Part shown: piece after piece, positions 41,900-56,900 of the stretch
Layout of the letters: each line of letters begins with the position of its first letter
Position numbering within the stretch: position 1 is the first letter of the stretch
From: Octopus vulgaris
Lineage: Eukaryota
Direction: 5' to 3'
NCBI GenBank assembly: GCA_951406725.2
Contig: OX597822.1
Coordinates: 57,350,001-57,414,000 of the forward strand
DNA: 64,000 bases
Position numbers and translations under genes: made by a program
Notes under the pieces: generated by a model
The model's database searches: none
Seen by the model: only the letters and a program-made list of their open reading frames with translations
Told to the model about the DNA's origin: nothing

Positions 41900-42880
41900 A
41901 AAACTTGAAAATTCGAATCGGACTTAACATTTTTTCGAGCAAAACTAAGAATTTATATATGAATAGGTAACGAAACATACATACGAAGAGTATTACACAA
42001 ACTTCAAAGAAGACTGCTTCTCATGCCTATGATAACATTAACCAGAGAGGCAAACAAATAAATAATGTGTTGGGCATTGAAGATAGGGCAGAAGCTTTAG
42101 CGGAGAAGAATACCTTTATAATAATTAAAGATCACAAACAAAACTTTCTCCGAACCCCTAATGTCGACTAATTAAACCAGCGAAGTCGGGTATCTCAAAA
42201 AAATCAACAATGATATAAGAAGAGCTTCTATCTCTTACCTATGGCGCAACAGTAATGAGGTTGGCTCATGGTTTAAAAACAACAGGTGTAGAGGCAGTAG
42301 TATCGTGCATTTTTATCCATCTCTATCGAGGAACTTATTGTTTCAAGTACTTGACTTTTCTAAATGCGATAGAGACATAGATTCCGTGGAATTTTCGAGA
42401 GGGATGAATGGCCACACTCGATAGGTTCGGGAAGAACCTAACTCGTGTCCTTTATTCCCTCGAGCTCAATGTTACAACATAGACAAGCTTGGGAGTAGTT
42501 AATTTTTTCGAAGTGTAGTTGGACCTAGACACAAAATTTCCATGAGTTCTTCGGGAAACCAAACAAGAAGCTGCAAAAACCTAGCGAATAATATTAACAG
42601 AAGGATCTCCAACCTATCTTTCAATATGGAAATGTACGCGGCGGTTCTTTACTTTAATGACAAGGCCCTAACTGCTAGTGGTTTCAAAGACAGCATTAGT
42701 CATATGTCCGATCAGGAGAAAACGTCACCGTAAAGTTATATGGTCCACACGCCCGTTCTCCCTTAATGTTAAAATTTGCATGTATACGATAATCTTTAGA
42801 TGCTTGTCCTGCTCATCCAGAGGTAACGTCTAATGCTCACTATTGGTCAATGTAACACAGAGACCGTCGTGTATGAGGCA
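41900..42880 (+). pseudogene. Decayed Penelope-like RT ORF
   Basis: LGIEDRAE, FIIIKDHKQNF, CRLIKPAKS, FYPSLS, INRRISNLS, ALTASGFK remnants. Confidence 0.7.
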
Positions 42881-42889
42881 AAGTTTCAC

Positions 42890-43634
42890 TAGTTTCTCAC
42901 TAGATTTTAACTCAGAGAATTCTTGAACCACGTTTTCAGCTCCACGGCGTTGTTAAACAAAACGCCTCGCAAACTGTTAGAGAATGACAAAAACAAAGGT
43001 GATAATCTGAATGCGCTGTATCAGGAGAAAATGGCGAGTGCATTAGAAGTTCCCAACCGAGCTCTTTAATAACATTTTTGTCAAATTAGAGCCACGGAGC
43101 GAGCGTTGTCGTGTTGAAGAAGCACGCCGTTTCTCCGTTTGAGTCGTTTCAGCTGAATTGCCCATCGAGTGAAAGTGACAAGCAATGGTATCATGAAAGC
43201 GTCCAATCCGCTGGGCCAGTTTCTTAGTTGGCTGGCACGGATATGAGTTAGTTCAATCACTCACCATTGAACAAAACAGGCCAACCAGAACGCGGAGTCA
43301 GTGAGATCGAATTATACCTCCTCGAAGCGCGGAAACTATTTCCGTGCAGCTCTTTCAGTAATAGCGTCTTCTCCGTTCGGCAGCTTCGGAAGCTTGACTG
43401 AAAGTGATAAGAAGCTGGTATCAAAATGGCTCACATTTTCTTCTTGGCACTCCATCGTTATATGTCTGAAAATAGATCAAATTTATTCATATTTCAAAAG
43501 CGATGAACAAAAGTCGTAAAGGTAAGATACAGCTACAAATAAAAAACCAAAAACACAACGAAAAAATATTTTTCGTGTTAATTCAAATAACATTGAAAAG
43601 AAAAGTGAGCGAATTTATCTGACAGCCCTCCATA
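42890..43634 (-). pseudogene. Mariner relic (HTH region and one terminal repeat)
   Basis: Minus strand AITERAARK*FPRFEE and RSGWPV; end TATGGAGGGCTGTCAGATAAATT resembles mariner termini. Confidence 0.6.
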
Positions 43635-44324
43635 TAAATTCTTCAGATGTGCATATTCCAATTATTGTAGATTACGATCCAGCAAAGCAAGAAAGTGAGA
43701 GGATGGTTTACCTAACCATTTTCGTAATTTTTTAAATTTTCATTTTACTTTTTCTTATTTTTCTTTTTTTTTTCTTTTGAGGTTTCTGTATTAAACATCT
43801 CAGATTATGATTCTTCAAAAATACGCATAACTTTTACATTTTCGATTTCTTTTTGTTTTTTTTTTATTTGGTTTTTTAACTTTGGAGCCTTCAAAAAATT
43901 CGAAGGTAAAGAAAATTAAAAGTTACGGTGATAGAAACAAAATTTTCAAATTTTCAAATCTTGAAACTGCACCCAACAACTGAAATTAGGAAGATTTTAT
44001 TTTTACATAATTGTAATTCTCGATTTTTATAAAATGTAAATTTGAAAAGCGAAATTTGAAGAAATGTCAAAAATGAAAATGTTATTGAAAGGAAGTGAGA
44101 AAGAACCAAAAAAAATCATGATCTCAGATATTTAATATTTAAATGTCAAAAAAATTTTCGAAAAGAAAGTCAAAACTGAATAATTTGGAAAAAAAAGTAA
44201 GGGACAACACACACACGTGCACACGCACACACGCACATACACACTCATACACGCACACATACACAACTTCTTTTTCAACACATTTGTAATTTTACTATGT
44301 TCATAACGTCCATTGCCGAAGAAA

Positions 44325-44760
44325 GCCTGGTAAACTGGCAGAATCGTTAGTGCGTCGAACAAAATTCCTAGCAGCATTTCTTCCTACTCTTTGTTCAAAT
44401 ACAACCTAGGGCAACTTATAACTTCCCTTTCGTTTTTTCGAGATCGATAAAATAAGTACCAGTTGAGCACTGAATCGATATAATTAACTAACATCCTCTG
44501 CCCAAAATTGCTGGCCTTGTACCAAAATTTGAAACTATGAAAGGTGGCGAGCTGGCAGAATCTTTAGCTCGCTGGACAAAGTGCAGCATTTCGTCTGTCT
44601 TTACATTCTAATTTCAAACTCTGTCGAGGTCGACTTTGCCTTTCATGCTTTCGGGAGTCGATAAAATTAGTACCAGTTGAGTACTGGGGTCAATGTAATC
44701 GACTTACCCCCTCCCCCAAATTTCAGGCCTTGTGCCTTTAGTAGAAAGGATTATTACTAT
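44325..44760 (+). mobile_element. Two diverged family-A-related SINEs
   Basis: gagctggcagaatc, gtcgactttgcctttcat, gataaaat.agtaccagttgag. Confidence 0.75.
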
Positions 44761-45000
44761 CATTATTATTATTAGACAAGACGAAGAGCACGATGCAATT
44801 GCAATAGATATTTTATTGGTTGAACGATATTTCGACAGTAAGTCTGCCTTTGTAGAGTTCAAAATAAAAAGTGATAAAAATTCAAAATTATAGAAATTCA
44901 AATCTAAAATATGAGCGAGAGTAACCAGCGTCCACACACTGATGGAATGACATCATCAGTTTTTAAATTTCAATTCTATAACTGGCGAAAAGAAAATGAC

Positions 45001-45038
<38 letters not shown>

Positions 45039-45073
45039 CAGGAAAGAAAAAAGAGTAGGAAAAAGAAGAATAT

Positions 45074-45790
45074 TTAATCAAATAGTTTAGTGTAAATTTG
45101 ATGAAATTCTCCAATCATTTTCTTCATTCCTCTAGGGCATGATGCTAATAACCAGCAAACATATTTCTCGTCATGTATTTTGAATATTGAAAGTGTAGCA
45201 GATTCAGAATATTTTCTGAGAATATGCAATTTCAAGTCTTTTTCAAAATTGCAGCCATTTGAAGCAAAATGTTCGTCAACTACTGTTATTGTATCCATTA
45301 AATCTTGTCATATATTTGCCTATTAAACCTTTTGTTTAATTTTCTGTTGGTTATACAACAGAAATTAAGATGTGTTTCATGCATTCTGCTGCGTACAGAA
45401 AATGGGAATCTCTACATGTCCCACCTTCTGTATAAATCATAACATTTCTCTTATGATTCCTGGTGGAATTCACTTGACTCGTGTTGCGGTACAATGAACA
45501 GGGCTTACCTCTCTTGCGGCTGTTTCTCAAGGTACAGGGTACAGATATTCCAATGTTAGTTTTCTTGGAGTCAGAAATAGAGGTCAATAGTTCTCATATT
45601 TTTATTCCGTCTAAAGGTTACAATAGGCGGCTGGGGAAATATCTGTTCGAAACGAGGATATTTTTCCGCAACATGCTGGTAACTTTCATTCAACACTTTT
45701 GAAATTCCAGCGAAATTTCGGTGCCAGTTAATCATTTAATGACGTCACCGAGCTCAAAGATGTTTCGTCTCTAAGTAACGTCAAACTTTC
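45074..45790 (-). pseudogene. Decayed PLE C-terminus (linker + GIY-YIG)
   Basis: Minus-strand translation IFPQPPIVTFRRNKNMR, GKPCSL, GGTCRDSHFLYAAEC, KLNKRFN, VDEHFASNGC. Parallels LFPNRPLPSFKRAHNLR...FTCTSSNIIYCISC of the intact PLE. Confidence 0.65.
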
Positions 45791-45821
45791 GGTGTCGACA
45801 ACGAGAACAACAGCAACAGCA

Positions 45822-46015
45822 AGTGGAGGCACAATGGCCCACTGGTTAGGGCAGCAGACTCGCGGTCGTAAGAACGCGATTTCGATTCCCAGACCGGGCA
45901 TTGTGAGTGTTTATTGAGCAAAAACACCTAAGTTTCACGAGGTTCCAGCGGGGAGGGGGTGAATCCCGCTGTACTCTTTCCCCATAACTTTCTCTCACTC
46001 TTTCTTCCTACTTCT
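45822..46015 (+). mobile_element. SINE family B copy
   Basis: Matches the reverse complement of ~7820-8015. Confidence 0.8.
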
Positions 46016-46275
46016 TCCACAAAGCACTCTGGTGTGGTAAACTTTCAGACCCTAGTCTAGATTGCGAATCCTCTGTACTCCAGGATGGTTCAGCTCTCCA
46101 CCAGTTAAAAGCCATCGTTTACGGAATGAGGATAACAACGTAGCTTTCGCACCCGTGCAGCCGCCAGTCTATCACGTGTGGTGGGTGGATCTTCAAGTTT
46201 CAACACGCATTCTTAGTAGCTTAGAGTAGACTCGAATTAGAGATTTTTCTTTGTGGGTAATGGTATGAGTCCTAA

Positions 46276-49200
46276 TTGGAAGAAGTAGAAGACAGCAACA
46301 GCAGCAGCAGTGACTACAACAAGAATAACAACAACAGCAGTACGAAAGAAATGAAACATAAAAACGCAAATGTCGTCTCTGCGTCCTTTGCATCTGCGGC
46401 AGGAAATATGGGAAGTTCCTATATAGATGAAGAAGAATTAAAATTTGCTAGAAAAATTGTAAAAAGAGACGGGAGAAGGGTAACTCTAAACCTTACATCC
46501 GACATGATAGAAAATATTGCAAGATGCACGATAACATACTGTTGCATCGGAGTCAAGTCTTGGCGGATGGAAAATACTCCTGAGAGCAAAGTATAAAAAT
46601 ACCTTGGGCGCGTGTGGGAACAAAAGACCCACATCACCCGAGGAAAGAAGTTTGGAACTATTGGGGTGAAATTTAGAGCGGAAGAAGTTAGTTGTAATTC
46701 CGCAACCACTTTGAGGAATGACAACTTTTTCTTAATCCCTAACTATTGCGGCCAATGCCTTGCCAAGATTAAGGTACTGAATGTGCCGCCAGAAATATCC
46801 ATTACCTGGTTAGTGGTGGCCGTCTTTGCAGGTTTAGAAGATGAAGTCACAATATTGGAGGTCAAGAAACTACCTCAGCAAAACTGGTTAGGTATAGGTA
46901 TAGAACTGACCTTGCAATGCAAGCAGGGCCATATCGACTAGCTGCTCGATCTAATCGATCTCCCGGATGGTAATCACCTGTCAGTTTTCGTGGTGAGTAG
47001 AAAGCCAAGATATCACATCTGTGGATCTGTAAAATAAAGTCCCACTGCTGCCAACACTACAAACACCACAAGCGCAAAAATCATAAACAAGTGCTCAAGA
47101 CTCCCACACCTACTCCCACACCCACGTTCACACCCCCTCCCAAACCAAGACAAAGAAGGAGTCTACTCCCGGTTGCCACGGAAAAGCAAGTTTCTCCTGG
47201 GTTCTCTTCCTCCCAAACCAACATCACCTGCAATGACATGGAGAAGGAAGAGCTGAACGATCAATGGATCACAGTGACAAAAGAGGTAGGTGAAAGAGAA
47301 GAGTACATAGCCCTACTCCAAGAAATCAGCAAAAACTTATTCTGAAACTACGACTGCAACACAATTCACAACCATTCCAACGAAAAACAACAAGAACAAG
47401 ATCAACATCTTCAAAAACAGCAACATCATCCACAACAGCATGAAATCACAGAAACACAGAAACAACCAATTACAAAACTTCAAAAATATTCATCAGACTG
47501 TAGACAAAATGTATCTATCAATTTCGCTGCTGTGAACAAGTGCAACAGTGAATTGATAGAATTTGTAAATCAAAACAAAGATAAAATAGAGAGAGAGGGA
47601 AAGGAATTTGAGGATTTCATCCTCAAAACACCCAAGGGTAAACTATTAATTAAAACGTCGTCAGATGTTTATAAAACTATAATAGAAAAATTCCCTGGTA
47701 GTGTGGGGATTTTTAAAAAATCTATTGATAAATGGCTGTTGGAAGGGCCTTTAAAAAATTTTGGCCAATAGAGAGGCCCGGAAAATCAAGGTGAGTAACC
47801 TCTTCATTTTCTTTCTCCCACTAGGATGGCTGTGCTGAGAATGGGGTGTGTGAATGTGAGTGGCCTCGGATCAGCTTGGAAGCAAGGTCACTTGCTCAAT
47901 GATCTCAGGTCACTTTTAAATGTGTCTGCCATTAGTGAAACAAGGATCTCCGGAAAACGCACTAGCATCCATTTTCGAAGACTACGAGGTATTCTCATCT
48001 TGTGGTTTATTGGGAGCAGATGGCGGTATAGTAGTGCTACTCCGTAAATCTTTAGATCTCCATGAACGGGCTATCTTCTTGGATCCGAGTGGTAGGGTGG
48101 TGGTCCTAGACGTGAACGGCAACGAAGATGACGCCTTTAGACTGGTAGTGGGTTATGCCCCAACAGGGGCTGGAAGGGCAGATTTCTTCAGGCGTTGTTG
48201 TTGTTGTTGTTGTTGTTACTGCCGTGGTTGTGATGTCAGAAACGCCTCGCTTCGATTCACTCGTAAATCTTATTTTATTATAAGAATATATGTTTAAAAT
48301 TTTTGGTCTGTGTGTTACATAAACTCCTAAAGGTTCTGAGGAACTCCTCAACTGCGTTGTATCTTGATTTTCTGACTGGTATTTGTAATTAATCTTGTGA
48401 AGTTAACACAAGAAGTTTAAGAAAGCATCGGGTCGAATTTTTCGACAGAAGGCTAGGATTGTGAAATAAGAGATTGGAAGAGATGTCTTGACTCCACCTT
48501 TCTCAGGCTAAACGAAAACACCACCACTAGCACTACAGTCACTACCAAAACAACAATAACAACAAACAAAATGAAAACAAAAACAACAATAGTATTGAGA
48601 ATGGAAAACATAAAAGCAGAAAAATTAAATTATTGCTTCAGTGCACCTGCAAAATCCGAAATCCCACCATCATTAAAAGCAACACAATTAAAAATCAAAA
48701 CACGGCGACAAATAATCTAATGTTAATGGGTTCGCTGAAAGAAAAACTAATTTCATGCACTCGGGATTTAAAAAATGCAAAATCCTCCTCGCAAGATCAG
48801 AGAAAGATTTATCACTAAATATCCCAGAATCCTTCCGGCAAGAAACCATCCACAAAACGATCTTTCTTTAACTTGTTAAGGTTATCTCAACAGATTTTCT
48901 ACAGATTTTCTTATAGCCAGCACTGATTTGCTACGATGTATCGTATCCGAATACACCTTATGTAAATAACAATGCGATCAAAGTGATTTAACAGCACTGC
49001 TAACACAGTAGGACACACTTTTGACTTATAAAGCATTTAATATACTTCGTAGTAAATTATGGTTTCATAACGAAATAGTGTCCTTATAAGTCATTATGAT
49101 CTTCTTTAAATGCATAGGAATAAAAAAAACGGATCATAGGACAAGCGACACAACAGCAAACAGAAAAGTGCCTCTGATTAATCTGGGACACCGAAACATA

Positions 49201-50690
49201 CATTACTTGAGGGGAAAGTTCAGCATCGTAGAGGAGAGTTTTTGAACAGAAAACGAAGCCATGAGACACTCAACAATAATCCTGAAACGTAACGAACTAG
49301 TTCTCATACCAATCTACTTTGGCCGTCACCAAACATCTACTGGTTGGTGATGGTTGTTCTCTCCAACATATAGGACGAAACCAATATTTTGCAGGTCAAG
49401 AGGTTGCAGAAACAAAGTTGGCCGGGCTAAGGGATGGAGCTATTAATTCAAACGAATCATGAAAGTATGGAATATATCCAGGATTCTGTCAGCTGGCTCA
49501 CAACTGTGCGTAGCCACTTAGGTTAGAAAACCAAGGGATCATTTGTGAGGTAACAAAAACTACCTCAAGTTTTCCTCTCTCAGGGATAACAGCTGCGGAA
49601 ATACAGGAAGCAATAGTGGACTTGTTTGAATGATCTGCCGACGAGCTTTACTTTTATATGCCAGACTTGTTCGGAGGACAAATATCAATTGCACCTGGCA
49701 GTAGAATGTGAAAATTCCCTAGTTCTAGAAATCGATGAGCGGCGGCGTTGACGAGAGAGGACCCAAATAATGGGAATTATTTTAATAACTTTTGGCCTAA
49801 AATTATATTGATAACTTTTGTTCAAAATTTTGACCAAGTTGTTAGCCAAGCGGTTTGCACTTATCGATAGTCTGGTTTGTAATGCTCAAAGAAGCATCAT
49901 CCTGAACAGACCAATCCAAAGCAACCTTCACCACATAAAATACATCATTTAGATCAATTGAAAGATTTCGATAAAGTCGACCACCATTACTTGATAACTA
50001 TTGTCACAGCAAATAGCTTCAAATTCATCTTCCGCGTTTGGGTCAATGCAATGTTCGGCCGTTAAGGCGAATGACTACATACCGGAACCATTCAGCACCA
50101 TGCCTTCTGTCCACCTAGTTTGTCTCCTTCGCCTTTTCTGCATGTACTAACTCCAGGGCCACTACTACAGAAACTAGAATCATTGAGTTGCATTCAGCGC
50201 GAACTAGGATGCGGAAGATTCGTGTGAGTATACGCTGACAGCGTCACCGTCATAGTGTCGGACACTGGACACACTCAGAAGATTGACACTGCTCTAAATA
50301 ATTACTAGCCTGTGACAGAAGAGAAAAGTCAACCAAGAAAAGTCAGGGGCTTGCAGCTCGGCACCTAGAGAAGCAGGTCCACGCCGTCTAATAGCACCGT
50401 CGAGCGCTTGACGGACGGACTGTTTTCAGATCTCTAAGTGGAAAGAAACGGGGCATAGTGATGAGCAGGGTGGCCAATCTCAGAAATGGTCCAAGAAAAA
50501 GTTATCTCTGAAAGGTCGGGTAGAAGTGATGATCGTCCTCTCCTCTACCTCGTTGCTGACCAAGCTGGTGCGCTTAGTCTTCTTTCTGTGGCAGAAACGG
50601 GTTCCGCTTGCCAGACAGCCGCTGCGTGGAGGAGTGAGCCTGCAGTGACTAATGATGAGCAGACATCGTCATTTATTACTGCCTGACCGC
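46276..50690 (+). mobile_element. Decayed Tx1/L1-like LINE: ORF1 46276-47770, APE 47826-48190, RT remnants ~49440-50400
   Basis: GCVNVSGL..ISETR, GGIVVLLRK, GRVVVLDV..LVVGYAP; KILTKLLAKR, LDQLKDFDKVDH, YADSVTV. Confidence 0.75.
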
Positions 50691-52125
50691 CGTACACTAC
50701 TCCAGTTCACTTCTCACCAGACTGGAGCACTTGATTTTTCTGCTTTCTGTGAAAATGACGCGTTACACTGCTGAGGCGCCCCATTTGTTGTTAACACAGT
50801 CTGGGCATACACTGAGGTGATGATGTCGCCAACATTTCCTTGACGATGAACAGGTGTGGTTGCTGTTTGTCAGACGGGTTTTTCCACAGCTCGTCTCTTT
50901 CACAGAGCTGCAGTCTTGGCGTTTGACATCTGGAATGTCGTCAAGCACTCACATCCATTTTTCTCTTTGACTTTTCTTTAAAATAATCATGCAGAAATAC
51001 CGTAACATAAAGAGTAGATATGGTGCTATATGTTTCAAATAAGCTCTGTTTTAAAACTACCGTTTTTCTTCTGAAATAGTTATTCTTTTATAGCCTAATA
51101 AAATCCCACTTCCCTCACATCTCTCTCCCAGTCAGGGTGTATGGTTGCTGGAAGTTCAACTTTGATGTTCTTTTGAGGGTTAGTGACAGGCAAGAGCGAC
51201 GACGTTCTCGAGATGACCCGAGGCGTCGACGAAAATCAATTGCCTGGTCTCTTCCAGAAGACTTTCGGGTCGAAACCAAGGATAATTTCCAGAAATCTCT
51301 GGTCTGACAGTGCAATCGGGAGACATTGCCTGTTCGAGATAAACTATACTGGCACAGAAACGTCATTAACCGAGTCTTCCTCAGATGCACGTAGAACAAC
51401 GAATCTTTTCTTCATGCATTCATCCAATGCCCAAGCATTACTGACTTACAAGCATTATGTCGTACACCGGCTGTCAGATGTGAAATGGATCCGGCTATCA
51501 GTTGAGCCTATTGTCAAGATCGTCCAGTCGCCTCTCTTTGGCTAGGAAGGACAAACAGTGTTCATCTGTCTGAAAACTTTTATGCATGAAGTCGTACTTT
51601 GAGTCTAATTGGCCCAGCTCTCATCGACTTTTTCAAGTTTTACTTGAAAAGAAAAGTGAGGGTAGATAGGGAAGTGTTGCCACCCAGCAAATTTGTTGAA
51701 AGCGTAGCTAGTGGGAGTGGGGCGTAGGAACGGTCCGTCCCAAACGGCACTTTTAAAGGGGCACCACTTTTGGGGTCTGCTGTAGGCAATGTGTTTCTGT
51801 AGGATCCGGGGGCAGTAAACAGAAGGGCACACATTCTAACTACGCATGATCCAAATGAACAGACTTGCTCGGGGCATGGCCTTTAATTGAAGGAGGACAA
51901 CAGAGAGAAGGCACTTACTTTCAGAGTGACTGTAGTTTTGTGGGGCTTTCACGAGCATCCCTCGGAGGTCGCCCTCTTTTGGAGAATTATACATTGTTTA
52001 AATTTTAGTGTTTCTCTCTTACTGTTATTCTTCCTTTTGCACTTTCTTTCATGTAATCCTAAACTGTATTGTCTGTACTGTTCGCAATATTTTTGTGAAT
52101 CCTTCGTGGGTACACTAAGAAAATC

Positions 52126-52193
<68 letters not shown>

Positions 52194-53530
52194 TATTATT
52201 ATTATTATTATTATTGGGCCCATATGATCAAATAAAGAAGCCATCATCATCATCGTCATCATCATTTTGTTGCGAGTGTTCGATTTTTTTTCGTTTTAAA
52301 TCTGTAAATAAATGTTTTTAAGACCATTTTTTCTCTGGCTTTTCTTTAAAGTAATCATACAGAAATACCATAAAAGAAAGAGTAAATATGATGTTATATG
52401 TTTCAAGTATGCTTTATTTTAAAACTAACGTTTTTCTTCTAAAATAGTTATTCTTTCATAGCCTAATAATAATAAAAAGCAAATATGTTGCAATATGTTT
52501 CACGCAAACCTTTTTTCAACTGTAAATAAATATTTTTCAAAGCTGATTTTCATATTCCCCCTAATTTATTTCGGAATTCGGCACTCTGAGTATTCAGTCT
52601 TTCAATCTTTCTGAATTCTAATTTTTAGATCATTTGAATTCGGTGTTTTGACGTTCAACCTTCTCGCATTCGGTCCTCTTGTGTTCGATTTTATGATTCA
52701 AGCCCAAGGTAGAGAAAGCAGTTGACCCATCGTTGAGATACTTAAAATATCTGACAAAGTAGGATGCACATCAATCAATCAAATCATCAGTCAGATAATA
52801 CAAAGAGTCATACCTAATGATTGAAGAAGCAGTATTATTGAAAACTGCTACAAAGGCAAAAGGGATGTATTGGAGAGGAGAAACTACAGATGCCCCAGAT
52901 TGTTGGATCGAGTCATGGAAGTTATTAACCAAGATAAAATACGGTTTGGCTTTGTGACAATTAAAGGAGAAATACTTAGCTAAGAGTAAGACTTTATATC
53001 TAGCTTTAGCATGTGTAATTTCATGTTATTACATAACTGATTTCATAAATTCATGTTCTTACATAACTGACTTCACAATTTGGGTATTCTTAACTTCTTG
53101 GGAATTCCTAAAAACAAGATCCTTTGTAAGACAGTTCCGTATTCTCATAAATGCACAAAAACCGTTTTAAGGGCTACATACTTTGTACTGTTGTTACTGG
53201 ATTAGCGAAACAATTATGAGAACGAAACCAAGGGATAAACCCCGCTTTCCCGGAAATTACCGGATACGTCAGCACTCTTACTCTTTTATTTACTTGTTTC
53301 AGTCATTTGACTGCGCCATGCTACACCGCCTTTAGTCGAGCAAATCGACCCAGGACTATTCTTTGTAGCCAGTACTTATTCTATCGGTCTTTGCCGAACC
53401 GCTAAGTGACGGGATAAACACACCAGCATCGGTTGTCAAGCAATGCTAGGACAAACACAGACACACAAACATACACATACATATATATATACATACATAT
53501 ATACGACGGGCTTTTTCAGTTTCCGTCTAC

Positions 53531-53586
<56 letters not shown>

Positions 53587-53693
53587 CATACATACATACA
53601 TACATACATACATACATACATACATACATACATGCATGTATATATAGATGTGTGTGTGTATTATTTACTTAAAGGTCAAAATACATTATAAAA

Positions 53694-53744
53694 GCGCTAC
53701 TAATAGTTTCATATGTTGAGAACTCAAATATATTCTTCAGGCGC
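53694..53744 (-). ncRNA. HHR 3' of a decayed PLE ORF
   Basis: Minus strand GCGC-CTGAAGA-ATAT.TTTGAG(TT)CTCAACATAT-GAA-ACTA(T)TAGT-A-GCGC. Confidence 0.82.
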
Positions 53745-53969
53745 AAACCACATATCATAACGAACTAAAAAAAGAAATTGAATAATAGAAGAAACGCGAA
53801 AAATATGAGAAGGCAGCATATAGAAAACACAGAAAATAAACAACAGAAAACGAAAAACGGAAAACGAAAAACGAAAACACAAAAACTAAAATGTAAAAAA
53901 TAAAAAGCAAAAAAGGTAAAAGATCTATCCTCCTTAAACCTTAAATGGTAATGTTGGAAAGATATCAAG

Positions 53970-56900
53970 TCAGTCAGGAATAGGTAGAATTTTCCAGTTC
54001 TTCAAAATATATTTATACATATGCATGCAACCACTGAAAATTTCTGACCTGGAGTTCAATAGAGAATTAGGGATCTTAAATCTGAACAGGATCTGCACTC
54101 TTTCAGCCAAACAAAGTCTACATTTATTCGATCCATTCACATAGGGTATGGATTTCTCAATTACTTTCCATTTAATCACATGCGGTTGTTTCATTATCTT
54201 TCAAAGTCCATACGTAGCTAGCCAACTTGATAGTTTTAATTTTGTCCCTATGTCTGAAGGAGGCTATGTGATTGGCATAGCGATTTTTAAATTCACCTTA
54301 ACATAATCCACCATAGGTCTTCTTATCAATTGTATTATTTATTTAGGGTTGCAGTAACTTCTGCCTCATATATTGTTGGTCAAGTGGACAGGATCCCGGG
54401 TCGCGACAGTTGTAACTGGACTCAGGCTCTTGGTAATGACCACATGTAATGATAGCCAGCAGCTATATGATAATTTCACAGAACGCCTATTAAATATTTT
54501 CCTGCATCTGTGAGTTGGTGGAAAGTGTTTGTCTAGGAGAGACAGGAATATTTTACCAATGTTAGTTTTTATGTTAAGGGAAAAAGGAGGGGCGAACCAA
54601 ATAATTTTCCTGGCCTATTTTTAGGTTTCTTATTATTCTGATTAATACTGGAGTGGTTATGTATTACTTTGTCTTTGATGCTACTAGATCTATTATTAAT
54701 ATTTTGATTATTATTAGAGAGATTAAATATTAATTTATCTTTGAAGCCACTATTGGCTTGGGCCTTGTTATAATAGCTTTCTCAAAAATTTCTTTTCAAG
54801 AAAAGAGGTTAGACACTCTTACTAATATTAGTTTTCAGGTTTTCAAATATTACAGGAGAGTGACAAGACTATTTATGTATATATGCGAGTTTCTCATCAG
54901 GCTTATGGAAAGGTTTATACGAGGAGGAGTTTAGAACTAGGGAAACATCTAAATCAGGGGTCGGCAACCTGTGAGAACTGATGCCTAATGAGTTGTTTAT
55001 TTAAAATTTAAATTTATTGTAATATGAGAGACGAGACTTTCGAATACAGTAAAAGGCCTGTCACATTCTTTCACAAATCTTTTGATTCACTCTACCTAAT
55101 GTCCACCACCAACCGGATGTGGATGCTTTGACAGCAAAAACACAATTAAAATTTCGTCGTGTATACAGGGCTCCGCACATCATTTCCGCTCACACTTTTC
55201 TCGCGCCCGAATTCTTCATTGGGTTCTGTTATATTATAACACATCTCTTCTCCAACAAGAGGCTTTTACTGATATATTTCATTATTATATTTTTCAAATA
55301 ATACATTTATTATGATCGCTTAAAATATCATTTGTTTCTTCTTCTTGTCCTTGCCACCTTACGCTTTACCTATTTCCGCCTTTATCATCACCATTAGCAC
55401 CCACATTATACAAGTTATTCGCCATAACCAACTAATATTATTATAATTGTAATATGAGAGACGAGGCTCTCGATTATAATAAAAGGTCTGCCACTAAAAG
55501 ATTAGAATTATTCAGATGTAAAATTTTTAATTTAAATTTTATTTTTATTTGTAGGAAAAAAATTTGATGACCATGAATGCAAAACGAAGAAAGGAAGATG
55601 CTGAATGCCGAATTTTCCAAGAAACTTGGACATTAGATTACTTCTTCATTGAGCACATATGTCTAAAAAGCATTGCTGCGAATAAGGTAGCAAATATTAG
55701 GCGACATTACGAGACGCACCATAGTGAAAATTTTAGGATATTTACTGGACAAGCAAGGGAAGATGAAGTTGAGCGGTGGAAGTCTAGTTTTGGAAAGCAA
55801 ATGTCATTTTTTAAAAACAGAAAAGGCGAAAATGTAGCAAATACAATTGCTAGCTATAAAGTCTCAAAGCGCATCGCTGAAAAGATTAAATCTTTTACAG
55901 ATGGTGATTTTTTAAAGAGTACTTGCCTTACGCAAAGAGGTGGTGATATTTCTAGAAAGCAAACGTGTGGATAGTTCACATTTTCGAAATCCTGGCATTT
56001 ATTGTGGATATTATGAAGTTACAACTTCAAGGTAAAACTCAGGTCGTAAATGAAATGTATAACCATATTGTTGCCTCTGAAAAAAAGCTACAGCTGTGAG
56101 AACATCAACTTCGAAATAAAAGTTACGTGCATTTTCCATTATTTCAAGGAAGGAAACCACAGAATTCAGAGGTATTTGTGAATATAATCCAGGAATTGAG
56201 TAATGAATTTGCGTCACGTTTTGCTGATTTTCGTTTGCATACAAATCAGTTTAAGTTGTTTGTTACACCATTTGGTGTGGAAATGAAGACAGTATCAGAA
56301 TGTTTTCAAATAGAATTGACTGATATGCAATGTGACTTATTGAGATCTAAATTTCATTCTAAAGATGTTTCATTGATTGACTTCTGTGCAAAATATATTT
56401 TTCCAAGTGGGAAGTATACCAACTTAGTGAATCATGCAAAAAAGATGGCATCTTTGTTTGGAAGCACTTATCAGTGTGAGCAATTATTTTCCAAATGGAA
56501 GCAAGCAAACAACAATTTGAGAACAAGATTAATTGATAACCATCTTGATAATATCTTGCTCTTGGCATCAACACGTTAGAAGCCTAATATTGAGAATCCT
56601 TCAAGGAACAAAAAACATCAAGTTTCTCATTAACTTATTTGGCTGCTGTGTACTTTTAGGATTTTTAAACAAATGATTCTAACGATGTCTTAAATTGAAT
56701 AAATGATGTTTTTCCATTACTAAATTCATCTGTGGCTAATACAAATTATTCTTAAGTATAGTCAACACTCGTGATTAAATTTTAGCTAGTGCAATTTTGC
56801 ATAATTATTCTTTTATGGTTTTTGTCCGGCCCACTATCCGTCATTAGTACTCGATCTGGCCCATGGAGGCAAAGAAGTTGCTGACTTCTGATCTAAACTA

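Noticed and set aside
44925-44965. CTGATGA-TGTC..GAC on the minus strand 3' of a decayed PLE
   Set aside because: Plausible position, but truncated before GAAA, so it cannot be supported.
50955-52468. ~145-bp direct repeat at 50955 and 52324 as LTRs
   Set aside because: No TG..CA ends, PBS, PPT or TSD; likely dispersed fragments of one repeat.
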